64,000 nucleotides of DNA from Nevskiaceae bacterium. GTDB lineage: Bacteria > Pseudomonadota > Gammaproteobacteria > Nevskiales > Nevskiaceae. Under the pieces are notes generated by a model. That model was given only the letters and a program-made list of their open reading frames with translations, was not told where the DNA came from and did no database searches. A program made the translations under genes and the position numbers. The DNA is taken from NCBI GenBank assembly GCA_035650495.1, contig DASRHK010000026.1, positions 9,856 to 73,855 on the forward strand, given 5' to 3'. How positions within the stretch are numbered: position 1 is the stretch's first letter; each line of letters opens with the position of its first letter. This document shows, one piece after another, positions 1-9,350 of the stretch.

Positions 1-238
1 CGCGCAGCTCGCTGACGATGGTCTTCAGCACCGATTCGCTGACGTGCCGATGGCCCCACACCGCGTCGAGCAGCGCGTCCTTGCTCATGAGCTGGCCGGG
101 CGCGCGCGCGAGCGTGCACAGCACGTCGAAGGCTTTTGGGGTGAGCGCGATCGGCTGGCCGTCGCGACTGAGACGCGCGTTGGCCTCGTCGAGGTCGAAG
201 CGGTCGAAGCGCAGCGTGAGCGGATCGGGTTGCGCCAT
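1..238 (-). CDS. winged-helix (OmpR/PhoB trans_reg_C-type) DNA-binding protein, 5' fragment; gene runs off the left window edge
   Basis: Reverse-strand translation from ATG at 238: MAQPDPLTLRFDRFDLDEANARLSRDGQPIALTPKAFDVLCTLARAPGQLMSKDALLDAVWGHRHVSESVLKTIVSELR. This fits the trans_reg_C pattern (LTPKxFxxL ... LxxxVWG). It is absent from the ORF track because no stop lies inside the window. Confidence 0.6.
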   Translation of the reverse strand, partial: MAQPDPLTLRFDRFDLDEANARLSRDGQPIALTPKAFDVLCTLARAPGQLMSKDALLDAVWGHRHVSESVLKTIVSELR

Positions 239-285
239 GCGACGGACCCCCGTCCGCGCGCCAGAAATCCAGGACCAGCATATGC

Positions 286-316
286 AAAAAAAAACCGCGG
301 CGCTCGCGCGCCGCGG
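286..316 (-). terminator. Rho-independent terminator after the S8 protease gene
   Basis: 9-bp GC stem ccgcggcgc/gcgccgcgg (295-303 / 308-316) with a 4-nt loop. A9 at 286-294 on the + strand gives a T9 tail on the - strand. The stem lies 37 nt past the protease stop. Confidence 0.75.
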
Positions 317-352
317 TCAGGCGTTCTTGTTATTGGTCTTGGTGACGCTTTC

Positions 353-2401
353 TTATGGGTGTTTCTCGCAGAGCGTGAAGCTGCCGCTGCCGCTGTAGGA
401 ATACACGCGCCAGCGATAAGTGCCGCTGGTGCCGCTGTAGCTGATGCTCTCGCTCGACGTGGTGCCGGTGGAGCTCGCCTTGCTGCTCCACGTGCTGCCG
501 GAGAGCTTGTACAGATAGAGGTCGAAGTCCGCGCCCGCCGGAACGGTCAGCGTCGCCGCGTAAGTGCCGGTGCCGCCGGTGAAGCCGCTGCTCGACGGTG
601 CGTAGTAATTCGCGCCGCTGGTGAGCGAGCCGGTGTACGCCGTGTAACCCGCTGCGCACGATCCGCCGCCGCCACCGCCGCCGGTCGAGTAGCTGCCGGT
701 GAGGCTCACGCCGGAGAACGCGCTGTAGCCGTTGAGCATCACGTAGTAGGTGCCGGCCTGCGCGGTCGCGATGGTGCACGTCTCGGCATTGCCGTTGACG
801 TACGGTCGGCAATCGTAGGACGACGTCGTCGGCATCGAGCCGAACTTCACGTACATGTCCGCGTCGCCGGTGCCGCCCGACATCACGAACTTCAGGCCGG
901 TCGCGCCCGCGGGCACCGCCATCTGGAACTGCAGCTGCGCGCCGGTCGCGCCGGACAGGTTCGTCTGCGCCACGCCGTTGGCGAGAACCGTCGGGCCCGG
1001 TGGCGGCGGAGGCGGCTGGGTCACGCCGCCGAGCGCGGCGTTCGCATCGACGATGCCCGCTCCGCACTGACTGCAGGTCGCGGGAAACGCGCGCGCGGTG
1101 GACTTGAGCGTCGCTTCGATCTGATCCGGCGTGATGCCCGGCGTCTTCGCGATCATCAATGCAGCAACGCCGGAGACATGCGGCGTCGCCATCGACGTGC
1201 CTTGATAGAACGCGTAACTGTCGGCACCCGGACCCTGCGTGCCCGCGTTGAGGGTGGACAGGATGCCGTTCGGATCGGTCGCGCTGGTCTGATCGCCGCC
1301 GGGCGCGGCGATGTCGACGATCGCGCCGTAGTTGGAGTACGACGCCTTGCCGCCGTTGCGGCCGACGGCCGCGACGACGATCGCGCCCGTGCAGTTCGCC
1401 GGGCTCGAGTTCGACGCGTTCTGATTCTCGTTGCCTGCGGCGACGATGAACACGGAGCCGCGCGAGCGCGCGCCGTTGATCGCCGTCTGCGTCGTCGTGT
1501 CGCAGGCGCCGCTGCCGCCGAGCGAGAGCGAGAGGACCTTGGCGACGTTCGGATTCGCGGGAACGCCGCTGACGGTGCCGCCCGACGCCCAGGTGATCGC
1601 GTCGGCGATGTCGGAGGTGTAGCCGCCGCACTTGCCGAGCACGCGTGCCGGGAGGACTTTTGCGTTGTAGGCGACGCCAGCGACGCCGTTGGCGTTGTTC
1701 GTCACCGCGGCGATCGTGCCCGCGACATGGGTGCCGTGCCAGCTCGAGTTCGACGAGCCCGCGCCGGCGCCGCACTGGCCGAGCGAATACCAGTCGCCAG
1801 GATCCTTCGCGTCGGCATCGCGGCCGTCGCCGTCGTTCGACACCGACGTGTCGGAGATGAAGTCGTAGCCGCCGACGATGTTGGCGACGAGATCCGCGTG
1901 CGGACGGTAGCCCGTGTCGATCACGGCCACGACCACGCCCGATCCCGTCGACAGATCCCACGCCGCCGGCAGGCGCAGGCCGCCGTTGGCTTCGAAGTAC
2001 TGCCACTGCTCGTTGTAGCGCGTGTCGTTCGGCGTGAACAGCGCATGCATGATGCGGTCTTCTTCGGCGTACTCGACGGCCGGGTTGTGCTTGAACTCGT
2101 TGATCAGCGCGTTGAGCTCGGCGGCCGGAAGGCGGCGCCCGATCTTCATGACGTCGGCGCCGTTGCCGTTGACGTGCACGTGCGACAGCGGCACCGCCAG
2201 CCGCGCGGCGACGCTCTGCATCAGGCCGCTCACCCGCTGCAGGTGATCCGGCTGCGCGTGGTCTTCCTTGAACTTGACGATGATGCGCTGGGGCGGCCCC
2301 TGCTGATCGAGGAGCTGCGCCGAGGCGCCGAACGAGATTGCCGCGAGCAACACGAAAAGCAGAAACCCGGCCCAGGCACGGGCTTGACGAGCGAGACTCA
2401 T
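353..2401 (-). CDS. secreted subtilisin-like serine protease (peptidase S8) with I9 propeptide and two C-terminal pre-peptidase (PPC) domains
   Basis: Catalytic triad motifs VAVIDTGY, HGTHVAGTIAA and GTSMATPHVSGVAAL. Signal peptide MSLARQARAWAGFLLFVLLAAISFGASA from the ATG at 2401. PPPPPPG and GGGGGG linkers precede the two PPC-like beta domains. Confidence 0.93.
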   Translation of the reverse strand: MSLARQARAWAGFLLFVLLAAISFGASAQLLDQQGPPQRIIVKFKEDHAQPDHLQRVSGLMQSVAARLAVPLSHVHVNGNGADVMKIGRRLPAAELNALINEFKHNPAVEYAEEDRIMHALFTPNDTRYNEQWQYFEANGGLRLPAAWDLSTGSGVVVAVIDTGYRPHADLVANIVGGYDFISDTSVSNDGDGRDADAKDPGDWYSLGQCGAGAGSSNSSWHGTHVAGTIAAVTNNANGVAGVAYNAKVLPARVLGKCGGYTSDIADAITWASGGTVSGVPANPNVAKVLSLSLGGSGACDTTTQTAINGARSRGSVFIVAAGNENQNASNSSPANCTGAIVVAAVGRNGGKASYSNYGAIVDIAAPGGDQTSATDPNGILSTLNAGTQGPGADSYAFYQGTSMATPHVSGVAALMIAKTPGITPDQIEATLKSTARAFPATCSQCGAGIVDANAALGGVTQPPPPPPGPTVLANGVAQTNLSGATGAQLQFQMAVPAGATGLKFVMSGGTGDADMYVKFGSMPTTSSYDCRPYVNGNAETCTIATAQAGTYYVMLNGYSAFSGVSLTGSYSTGGGGGGGSCAAGYTAYTGSLTSGANYYAPSSSGFTGGTGTYAATLTVPAGADFDLYLYKLSGSTWSSKASSTGTTSSESISYSGTSGTYRWRVYSYSGSGSFTLCEKHP

Positions 2402-2612
2402 GAATTCCCCCTGCGAAACGGTCTTTGGTCGCGCCTGCTTCGAGCAGGCTCCGCGCCGCACTGCAGCTTCCCCCGAAACCCCGGCGCATCCAAAAAGGAT
2501 GGCGGAGTCTAGGGACCGGATTTCAGCGCTGCAACGTGAAGTGAGCGTCAGGTTTTCCTGACAGGCGAATCAGGTCTTGGCGCGATCGTATACGCTTCGG
2601 AAATCGAAGCAG

Positions 2613-2981
2613 CTACTGCGTCGAGTAGGTGTCGAGATGCACGCAGTCGGAGGTCGCGAAGGACTTGCGCGCGTAGCGCCATTGCACGAGCGCGTTGATC
2701 GAAGCCTGATCGAACACGCCTTGCGGGCTCGAGTCGAGGACGACCACGTTGAACGGCACGCCGGCGGCGGCGACGTCGTACTGCAGCAGCACCCAGCCGT
2801 CCTGCTTCACCGGCATCGCCTGGCGCGGATAGATCGGGTTGATGCTGTAGAGCTGCTTGAGATTCGCGCACGGGCTGCGCGCATCCATGCCGACCGGCGC
2901 TGGACGCGGCCGCAGGAAGCCATGATCGGCGGGCACGCAGCCGGCCACGCACACGGCCAACAGGATCGCTCCTCCCCTCAT
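2613..2981 (-). CDS. lipoprotein with TonB C-terminal-like domain
   Basis: Lipobox LLAVCVAGC. C-terminal pattern PIYPRQAMPVKQDGWVLLQYDVAAAGVPFNVVVLDSSPQGVFDQASINALVQWRY matches the TonB_C fold signature. Confidence 0.65.
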   Translation of the reverse strand: MRGGAILLAVCVAGCVPADHGFLRPRPAPVGMDARSPCANLKQLYSINPIYPRQAMPVKQDGWVLLQYDVAAAGVPFNVVVLDSSPQGVFDQASINALVQWRYARKSFATSDCVHLDTYSTQ

Positions 2982-3005
2982 CGCCCCCCCGGGTGTGATG
3001 TGACC

Positions 3006-3833
3006 TTAGCGTAGCGCGGGGCCGAGCCGCTCGGCCAGCGCCGTCGCCAGCGGCTTCATGAAGAACGATGCCTCCGGCATGAGGTCGACGCGCCAGCCTT
3101 TTGCGCGGAGCGTGTCCGCGACCACCGGCCCCACGGCGGCGACGCAAGTGCGCGCGAGCCCGCCCGCGAGCGCGTCGGTGGCGCTGCGCGCCTGCGCGAC
3201 GCGCGCCAGACGCTCGACCTGCTGCAAGCTGGTGAAGGCGATCGCGTCGACGCGTCCTGCCGCGATCTCCTCGATCAGCTGCACGATCGCGCGCTCTTCG
3301 GCGGCGTCGGCGTAGACGTACGGCGCGACGGTCGTGACCTGCGCGCCGGCCGCGCGCAGGAAATCGACGAGCGCGCGATTGGGCTCCGTGCCGTAGAGCT
3401 GCACGCCGACGCGACGACCTTGCAGATTCCCGGCGCGCAGCGACTCGATCACGCCGGCGGTCGTCGGCTGCGCGGCGACGAGATCGGGCTTGAGGCCGAG
3501 CTCGCGCATCGCGCGTCCCGGCTTGGGTCCGCGCGCGATCTTGCGCACGCGCGCGAGCTGCTCGACGAAAGCCGCGCGCACATGCGGGCGATGACGATCG
3601 ATGCACGACAGCAACCGGCGCAAGCCTTCACCCGTCAGCAGGATCAGGTCATCGCAGCCACCGGCGGCGAATTTCTCGACCCATGCGAGAACGGGCGCGG
3701 GATCCGGCGCGTCGTGGATCTCCACCATGGGGCAGCGCAGCACCTTGGCGCCGCGGCGCTCGAGCAGCGCGGCGAACACGTCGAGCTCGCGCGATTCCGC
3801 GATCGCGACGACGCGTCCGTCGAGATCGCCCAC
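3006..3833 (-). CDS. uroporphyrinogen-III synthase (HemD/HEM4) family protein
   Basis: 275 aa with two-lobed HEM4-like repeats (VVAIAESRE...LLERRGAKVLRCPMVEI ... RVGVQLYGTEPNRALVDFLRAAGAQVTTVAPYVY ... DAIAFTSLQQVE). Confidence 0.6.
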   Translation of the reverse strand: MGDLDGRVVAIAESRELDVFAALLERRGAKVLRCPMVEIHDAPDPAPVLAWVEKFAAGGCDDLILLTGEGLRRLLSCIDRHRPHVRAAFVEQLARVRKIARGPKPGRAMRELGLKPDLVAAQPTTAGVIESLRAGNLQGRRVGVQLYGTEPNRALVDFLRAAGAQVTTVAPYVYADAAEERAIVQLIEEIAAGRVDAIAFTSLQQVERLARVAQARSATDALAGGLARTCVAAVGPVVADTLRAKGWRVDLMPEASFFMKPLATALAERLGPALR

Positions 3834-3834
3834 G

Positions 3835-4602
3835 CTATTCCCGGTTCACCGTCGCGTCGGCGATGCGCTGGTTGGAGCGGAACAGCACGACCTTCATGAA
3901 GGGCACCGTCGGATCGAACGCGAGGTACTTCGACGCGGCGCGCGCAGCGAGCGCGCGATTGGGATAGGGGCCGTAGGTGTCGCTCATCGCAATCCACACT
4001 TCGGTCGCCGACTGGTAGCGCGTGGAGATGGCCGACAGGCTGGCGCGGCACCAGCGATCGAAGCCTTCCGAGCCGGTGCCATAGGCTTCGACGTCGGCGT
4101 CGCGTCCGGTCGCCGCGGCCGGCGCGTCGAGCGCTTTCGCCAGGTACGGCTTCGCCGCGATCGCCTCCGAATCGACCTTGAAGCCGATGATCTTCCAATC
4201 GCCGTGCTGGCGAGTGAGCGCGACGCGGATGACCGCATCGCCCGCCGCGAACGTGGCGCGCGCGAAGTACAAGGCCGTCACGCTGAGCCCTTTGCTGGTC
4301 AGCGTCATGCTGGCGTCGCCGTCGGCACCGCTGTAGCCCTGCAGCCCGCCGAGCTGACGGAAGCGTCCGAACATGCGCTCGAGCACGCCCTGCCCGACCG
4401 ACTGGATGAGCTCCGGCGCGGCGCGCTCGACGAGCGCCTGCTCGTTCCAGTCGGCGCAGATCGTCTGCACGGAGGCGTCGACGAACGCGCGGCTGTCGCG
4501 GTCGAGCTCCGGTCCCTTGATCGTGGCGTAGACCAGGCCCAGCCCGCCGATGACGACGAGCATCAGCAGCAGCGAGCCCAGGAACATCAGGAAATTTCGC
4601 AT
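3835..4602 (-). CDS. membrane-anchored hypothetical protein
   Basis: ATG at 4602 gives MRNFLMFLGSLLLMLVVIGGLGLVY (N-terminal TM anchor). High GC3 in this frame. Its stop lies 1 nt from the hemD-like start, suggesting an operon. Confidence 0.55.
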   Translation of the reverse strand: MRNFLMFLGSLLLMLVVIGGLGLVYATIKGPELDRDSRAFVDASVQTICADWNEQALVERAAPELIQSVGQGVLERMFGRFRQLGGLQGYSGADGDASMTLTSKGLSVTALYFARATFAAGDAVIRVALTRQHGDWKIIGFKVDSEAIAAKPYLAKALDAPAAATGRDADVEAYGTGSEGFDRWCRASLSAISTRYQSATEVWIAMSDTYGPYPNRALAARAASKYLAFDPTVPFMKVVLFRSNQRIADATVNRE

Positions 4603-4730
4603 GGTGTCGCGCCCGCTCCCCGATCCGGCGACGTCCCGTGATCGCTGGAGTATACGGGGCGAACTTCGCTCGGCGCTCGCGCGTCCAAGTCTGTGACGGC
4701 CCGCGTGGCCGGTCCGGGAGCTCAACTGCC

Positions 4731-5147
4731 ATGAAAGCATTGCATCGATTCAGCCCTGTCCCGCTCGTCGTCCTGATCGCGAGCGTCGCGAGCGCCGCCG
4801 ACCGGCCGAGCGCCGACGACATCGCCAAGGCGCGCGCCGAATGCCACACGCAGACCGCCCGTCTGGCGGAGCTCGAGCGCGACGCCAGCTGGTGCACCGA
4901 CGACCAGAAGCTCTTGCAGACGCGCGACGCCGCGGAGCACAGCTGCGCACACTCCGAGGATCTGCTGATCGCGGCCGGCGTCGAGCCGAAGCCCGCGCAG
5001 CCCAAGGCCGCGCCGCCGGCGCCGCCGTCGATCACGATCACCGAGAAAGTGCGGACGGGCGCGACGCAGACCGCGTCGGCGGAGCCGGTCGCGCAGTTCG
5101 CCGCGATGGAAGTCGATCGCCGCTGCGAGCCGGGCGCGAAGCGCTAG
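4731..5147 (+). CDS. secreted hypothetical protein
   Basis: ATG at 4731. Signal peptide MKALHRFSPVPLVVLIASVASAA, followed by a Cys-containing helical region and a Pro/Ala linker. Confidence 0.5.
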   Translation: MKALHRFSPVPLVVLIASVASAADRPSADDIAKARAECHTQTARLAELERDASWCTDDQKLLQTRDAAEHSCAHSEDLLIAAGVEPKPAQPKAAPPAPPSITITEKVRTGATQTASAEPVAQFAAMEVDRRCEPGAKR

Positions 5148-5896
5148 ACGGAATCGCTCACTGCAATCGCGATGCCGGTGAGGACCAGTCCTCGCCGGAA
5201 CGCGAAGCGCCCGAACAGCCGCCCCTGGTAGGCCTCGACGATCCGCGTGGTCTTGCGCGGATGCACCGCGAAGCTGCCGAGCCCCAGGTTCCAGCCGACG
5301 ACGTCGAGCGCGACGTCCTGGAAGTCGAGCCACTGCGACGTGAGCTCGTACTGGCATTTGTAGAACGATTCCTTCGCGCTGAACATCAGCGCCGCGATCT
5401 GCGCCTGCTCGCGCGGGTCGAGCTGCTCCAGCCAGCGCTGCTCTTCGGGCAGCAGCACTTCGCTCCAGACGTCGCGCGTCACCCGGCCGATCGACTCGAC
5501 GTCGATGCCGATGCCGCGGAAGCGCGAGCGCTCGGCGACCGCGGCCGCGGAGAATCCTTGCGTGTGGGTGATGCTGCCGACCAGCGTCGAAGGCCACTGC
5601 GGGCGGCGGTCGGCCCCGCCGACGAGCGGGTAATCGTGGATGCCGTACTGGGCGAGCGCGCGGCGCGCGCAGAGACGCCCTGCTGCGAATTCCGAAGCGC
5701 GCTTGGCGACGGCTGCTCCGATGTGCTTGCGCTCGGCCGTCGACAGCATCGACGGGTCGCCGGGTCCGGACAGCTCGGCCGTCGCGATGCCCGCGGGCAG
5801 AAGCTCCTGGAACACTGCCGACATGCGCGCGGGATTGCGCGCCCTCGGCTCGTGCGCCATCGACAGATGGGCGCGGGATCCCGGCCTGGTGTGCAT
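5144..5896 (-). CDS. 4'-phosphopantetheinyl transferase, EntD/Sfp type
   Basis: Motifs GSITHTQG, GIGIDVE and FSAKESFYK. GGGGGA Shine-Dalgarno 7 nt upstream of the ATG at 5896. Divergent from the EPS/NRPS-PKS operon. Confidence 0.88.
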   Translation of the reverse strand: MHTRPGSRAHLSMAHEPRARNPARMSAVFQELLPAGIATAELSGPGDPSMLSTAERKHIGAAVAKRASEFAAGRLCARRALAQYGIHDYPLVGGADRRPQWPSTLVGSITHTQGFSAAAVAERSRFRGIGIDVESIGRVTRDVWSEVLLPEEQRWLEQLDPREQAQIAALMFSAKESFYKCQYELTSQWLDFQDVALDVVGWNLGLGSFAVHPRKTTRIVEAYQGRLFGRFAFRRGLVLTGIAIAVSDSV

Positions 5897-6126
5897 CACG
5901 AATTCCCCCGAGTGGTGGTGAGGTTCGTCCGCATGGTGGACGCAGCGTAGGGCGCGTCGCCCTGCACGTCAGTCAGCTAGCGTACAAAGCGTTGAACTTT
6001 TACCTCGCCGTGACGGCTTTTCCCCCGCGCGCAAGCCCGCGAAAACAACGTACGAGAACGGACAGATTCGTCGCCGGATGGGAGCAAGAATCGCCTCCAA
6101 GTTGAACCTCCGGAGAGGGAAACGTC

Positions 6127-7038
6127 ATGTCACTGCACCGTCATCGCTTGCTGTTCGCCATTGCCGCGATCGCGCTCGCCGGCTGCGCAACCGATGCGCC
6201 GCTCGACAACGCCGCGATCGAGATGAAGGACCCGGCGATCGCGCCGACCGTCCACAACGCGGTGTTCCGCACCGAGGCGCCGAAGAAATCGGAAGCCGTC
6301 GATCAGGACGCCGATCCGCTGCTGAAGCTCGGTCCCGGCGACGCCGTGTCGGTGCAGGTGTTCGGACGGCCCGAGATGAGCACGACGACCTACGTCACCG
6401 ATCAGGGCACCATCGACGTTCCGCTCGCGGGCGCCGTGAAAGTCGAAGGCCTGTCGCCCGCGAAAGCGGCGCAGCGCGTCGCCTGGGCGCTGCGCGACGG
6501 ACAGTTCCTCAACGATCCGCACGTCAACATCACGCTGTCGAGCTTCAAGAGCCAGCAGGTCTCGGTGCTCGGCGAAGTGCACACGCCCGGCCGCTTCCCG
6601 ATCGAGTCGCGCACGACGCCGCTCGACCTCCTCGCCCAAGCCGGCGGGCCGACGGAGAACGCGTCCGACGTGATCTACGTCCTGCGTCCCGACGGCAAGG
6701 GCAACGTCTCGCGCTACGTCGTCGACCTCGCCTCGCTGCGCTCCGACGGCGCGCTGCCGCAGCTCTCGCTGCGCGGCGGCGATTCGCTCTACGTGCCGAA
6801 GGCCGATCAGTTCTACATCTACGGCGAAGTGCACACGCCGAACATGTACCGCCTCGAGCCCGGCATGACCGTGCTGCAGGCGATCGCGCGCGGCGGCGGC
6901 ATCACGCCGCGCGGCAGCCCGAGCCGCATCGAGATCAGCCGCCACGCCGAGGACGGCAAGCTCGTCACGGTGAGCGTCAAGCCCACCGACCCCGTGCAGC
7001 CCAACGACGTGATCCGTGTGAAGGAGAGGATTTTCTAA
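6127..7038 (+). CDS. polysaccharide export outer-membrane lipoprotein (Wza/EpsE-like)
   Basis: Lipobox IALAGC. Poly_export motif PGDAVSVQVFG. SLBB-like repeats (LDLLAQAGG..., MTVLQAIARGGGITP; LRGGDSLYVP). Confidence 0.9.
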   Translation: MSLHRHRLLFAIAAIALAGCATDAPLDNAAIEMKDPAIAPTVHNAVFRTEAPKKSEAVDQDADPLLKLGPGDAVSVQVFGRPEMSTTTYVTDQGTIDVPLAGAVKVEGLSPAKAAQRVAWALRDGQFLNDPHVNITLSSFKSQQVSVLGEVHTPGRFPIESRTTPLDLLAQAGGPTENASDVIYVLRPDGKGNVSRYVVDLASLRSDGALPQLSLRGGDSLYVPKADQFYIYGEVHTPNMYRLEPGMTVLQAIARGGGITPRGSPSRIEISRHAEDGKLVTVSVKPTDPVQPNDVIRVKERIF

Positions 7039-8507
7039 TGCAGCCCAACGATCCCAATGCCGGCGCGCTCGCCGTGCCCACGCAAGGCGGCGCGCTCGCG
7101 CATCCCTCCCCGTACGGCTACGGGATGGGACCCGCACCCGGCGCGCCCGCGGGCGGCATGTCGATCCCGCAGATCTTCGCGATCGGCCGCGCGCGCTGGC
7201 GACAGGGCGCGTGGATCGCCGGCGTGGTCATCGTGATGACCGCGCTGGTGACGCTGGTGATCCCGAAGACCTACACCGCGAGCGCGTCGGTGATGGTGAG
7301 CTACGACGTCAACGATCCGCTCGGCGGGCGCGAATTCCCCGCCGGCCTGCTGTCGAGCTACATGTCGACGCAGGTCGAGCTGGTCGGCAGCCCCGCCGTG
7401 CTGCTGCAGGTGGTGGATCAGCTCAAGCTCACGCAGAACAAGGACTACGCGAGCGGCTTCGACGGCGATCCGCGCGCGCTGCGCGAATGGGTGGCGAAGA
7501 AGCTCACGAAGGATCTGGAGATCAAGCAAGGCAACTACGGCAGCCAGCTGATCAACGTCACGGCGTCGGCGAACGACCCGCACCTCGCCGCGTCGATCGC
7601 CAACGAGGTGGTCGAGACCTATTCCGACCAGGCGCATCGCCGCCTGACCGATCCGGCCGCCGACACCGCGCATCGCTACGGCAAGGAGATCGAGGAGCTC
7701 AAGACCAAGGTGCAGGTCGCGCAGCAGAAGCTCGACGACTTCCGCCAGCGCACCAGCATGGTCGACATCCAGGCCAAGGCCGACGTCGACATCGCGCTGT
7801 TGAACGAGCTCGAGCACAAGCTGCTCGACGCCAGGAACGCGCGGCGCAGCGCGGAGTCGAAGCAGTCCTCCGATCCGGGCGTGAGCTCGGCGGTGCTCGG
7901 CTCGACCATGGTGCAGGGCCTGAAGGCGCAGCTCGCGACGCAGGAAGCGCGCATGGCCGAGCTGCGCACCACGCTCGGGCCGCGGCATCCGGACATCGTC
8001 CAGCTCCAGCAGCAGATCGACTCGACGCGCGCATCGCTCAACACCGAAGTGCATCGCTACGCGAGCAGCAACGACGCCGACCTCTCCCAGTCGAAGCAGC
8101 TCGAAGACAAGCTCTCCGCCGCCGTCGAGGAGCAGCGCAAGAAGCTCGTCGACATCCGTCGCATGCAGGACGAAGGCTCGCGCTACCAGATCGAGTTCGA
8201 CACCGCGCAGGCGGCTTACAAGAAAGCGCTCGAAGGCTATGAGCAGGTGATGATCGCCTCGAGCGGCCAGTACACCAACGTGCACATCGTCAATCGCGCG
8301 ACCCCGCCGCTCAAGGCCGCGAAGCCGAAATTCCTGATCAATCTTCTGATGGGCATCGTGTTCGGTGGCGCGCTCGGCGTGGCCATCCCGTTCGCCCGTG
8401 AGCTCGTCGGCCGCCGCGTGCGCTGCCGCGACGATCTGGAGCGGGATCACGGCATCCCGGTCCTCGTCGAGTTCGATCCCATGCCGGCCATCAGGAACGC
8501 ATCATGA
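7038..8507 (+). CDS. polysaccharide chain-length determinant / co-polymerase (Wzz, GumC/EpsF-like)
   Basis: ATG at 7038 overlaps the wza-like stop (TAATG). N-terminal TM WIAGVVIVMTALVTLVIP, a long coiled-coil periplasmic region, and C-terminal TM LLMGIVFGGALGVAIPF. Confidence 0.88.
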   Translation: MQPNDPNAGALAVPTQGGALAHPSPYGYGMGPAPGAPAGGMSIPQIFAIGRARWRQGAWIAGVVIVMTALVTLVIPKTYTASASVMVSYDVNDPLGGREFPAGLLSSYMSTQVELVGSPAVLLQVVDQLKLTQNKDYASGFDGDPRALREWVAKKLTKDLEIKQGNYGSQLINVTASANDPHLAASIANEVVETYSDQAHRRLTDPAADTAHRYGKEIEELKTKVQVAQQKLDDFRQRTSMVDIQAKADVDIALLNELEHKLLDARNARRSAESKQSSDPGVSSAVLGSTMVQGLKAQLATQEARMAELRTTLGPRHPDIVQLQQQIDSTRASLNTEVHRYASSNDADLSQSKQLEDKLSAAVEEQRKKLVDIRRMQDEGSRYQIEFDTAQAAYKKALEGYEQVMIASSGQYTNVHIVNRATPPLKAAKPKFLINLLMGIVFGGALGVAIPFARELVGRRVRCRDDLERDHGIPVLVEFDPMPAIRNAS

Positions 8508-9340
8508 ATTGGGGAAACGTCGTGAATAAGCTGCAACGCCGGCCAGAGCCGGCCGTGGAGCGCTCCACCGAGCTCGACGCGATGCGCGTCGAGCCCGCGC
8601 CGAGCTCCAACGAGCTGCGCCCGCTGCCCGAGAGCGACAACACGGTGCGCCACGTGCAGTTCACCAAGCGCGAGCCCGACCTCTCGCCGCGCGCGAACAC
8701 CAAGCCGTGGGGCAAGCCGAGCGTGCGCCTGCTCCTGCCCTACGACCCGTTCGATCCGCGCAGCGAGAAGATCCGCACGCTGCGCACCGAGCTCGTGTTG
8801 CGCCATCAGGGCCGCGAAGGCGCCAACATGGTCGTGATGATCTCGCCGCAGAACGGCGAAGGCCGCTCGCAGGTCGCCGCCGAGCTCGCGGTCGCGTGCG
8901 CGCAGCTCGGTCGCCGCACGCTGCTGGTCGACGCCGACCTGCGCCGTCCCGCGCAGCACATCCTGTTCATGGCGAAGAACCATCTCGGGCTCGCGCAGGC
9001 GATCGCGCGCGGCGAGCAGCCGCGCTGCAGGCCGGTCGAGGGCCTCGACAATCTCATGCTGGTCACCGCCGGCCCGACGCCGCGCAATCCGCTCGAGCTC
9101 CTCTCCGATCGCGCCTTCCGCGATCTCGTCGAGCACTGGCGCGCGAATTTCGACTTCGTGATCATCGACACGCCGCCCGCGTCGCGCTACGCCGACGCGC
9201 TCGCCGTCTCCTCGCTGGTGCGCCGCTGCGTCGCGCTCGCACGCTCGGGTCACACGCCCTACAACGACACGCGCGACATGATCCGCCGCCTGCAAGCCAC
9301 CGGCTCCGAGGTCCTCGGCGCAGTCATCAACCATTTCTGA
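8504..9340 (+). CDS. BY-kinase-like P-loop ATPase (EpsG / Wzc cytoplasmic-domain type), atypical Walker A
   Basis: Walker A-like ISPQNGEGRS (Arg where Lys is expected), Walker A' LLVDADLRRP, Walker B FVIIDTPP. No Tyr-rich C-terminal tail (ends ...GAVINHF). ATGA overlap with the upstream gene. Confidence 0.8.
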   Translation: MNWGNVVNKLQRRPEPAVERSTELDAMRVEPAPSSNELRPLPESDNTVRHVQFTKREPDLSPRANTKPWGKPSVRLLLPYDPFDPRSEKIRTLRTELVLRHQGREGANMVVMISPQNGEGRSQVAAELAVACAQLGRRTLLVDADLRRPAQHILFMAKNHLGLAQAIARGEQPRCRPVEGLDNLMLVTAGPTPRNPLELLSDRAFRDLVEHWRANFDFVIIDTPPASRYADALAVSSLVRRCVALARSGHTPYNDTRDMIRRLQATGSEVLGAVINHF

Positions 9341-9350
9341 GGAGGGGATC

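Noticed and set aside
44-2512. 822-aa ORF on the + strand covering the whole protease region
   Set aside because: Arg/Ala/Gly-rich translation with no motifs. It is antisense to a clearly recognisable S8 protease, a typical stop-poor antisense frame in high-GC DNA.
6078-7037. N-terminal extension of the co-polymerase ORF (track start 6078)
   Set aside because: It overlaps the Wza-like gene out of frame and translates to an Arg-rich sequence. The real start is the ATG at 7038, overlapping the wza-like stop.
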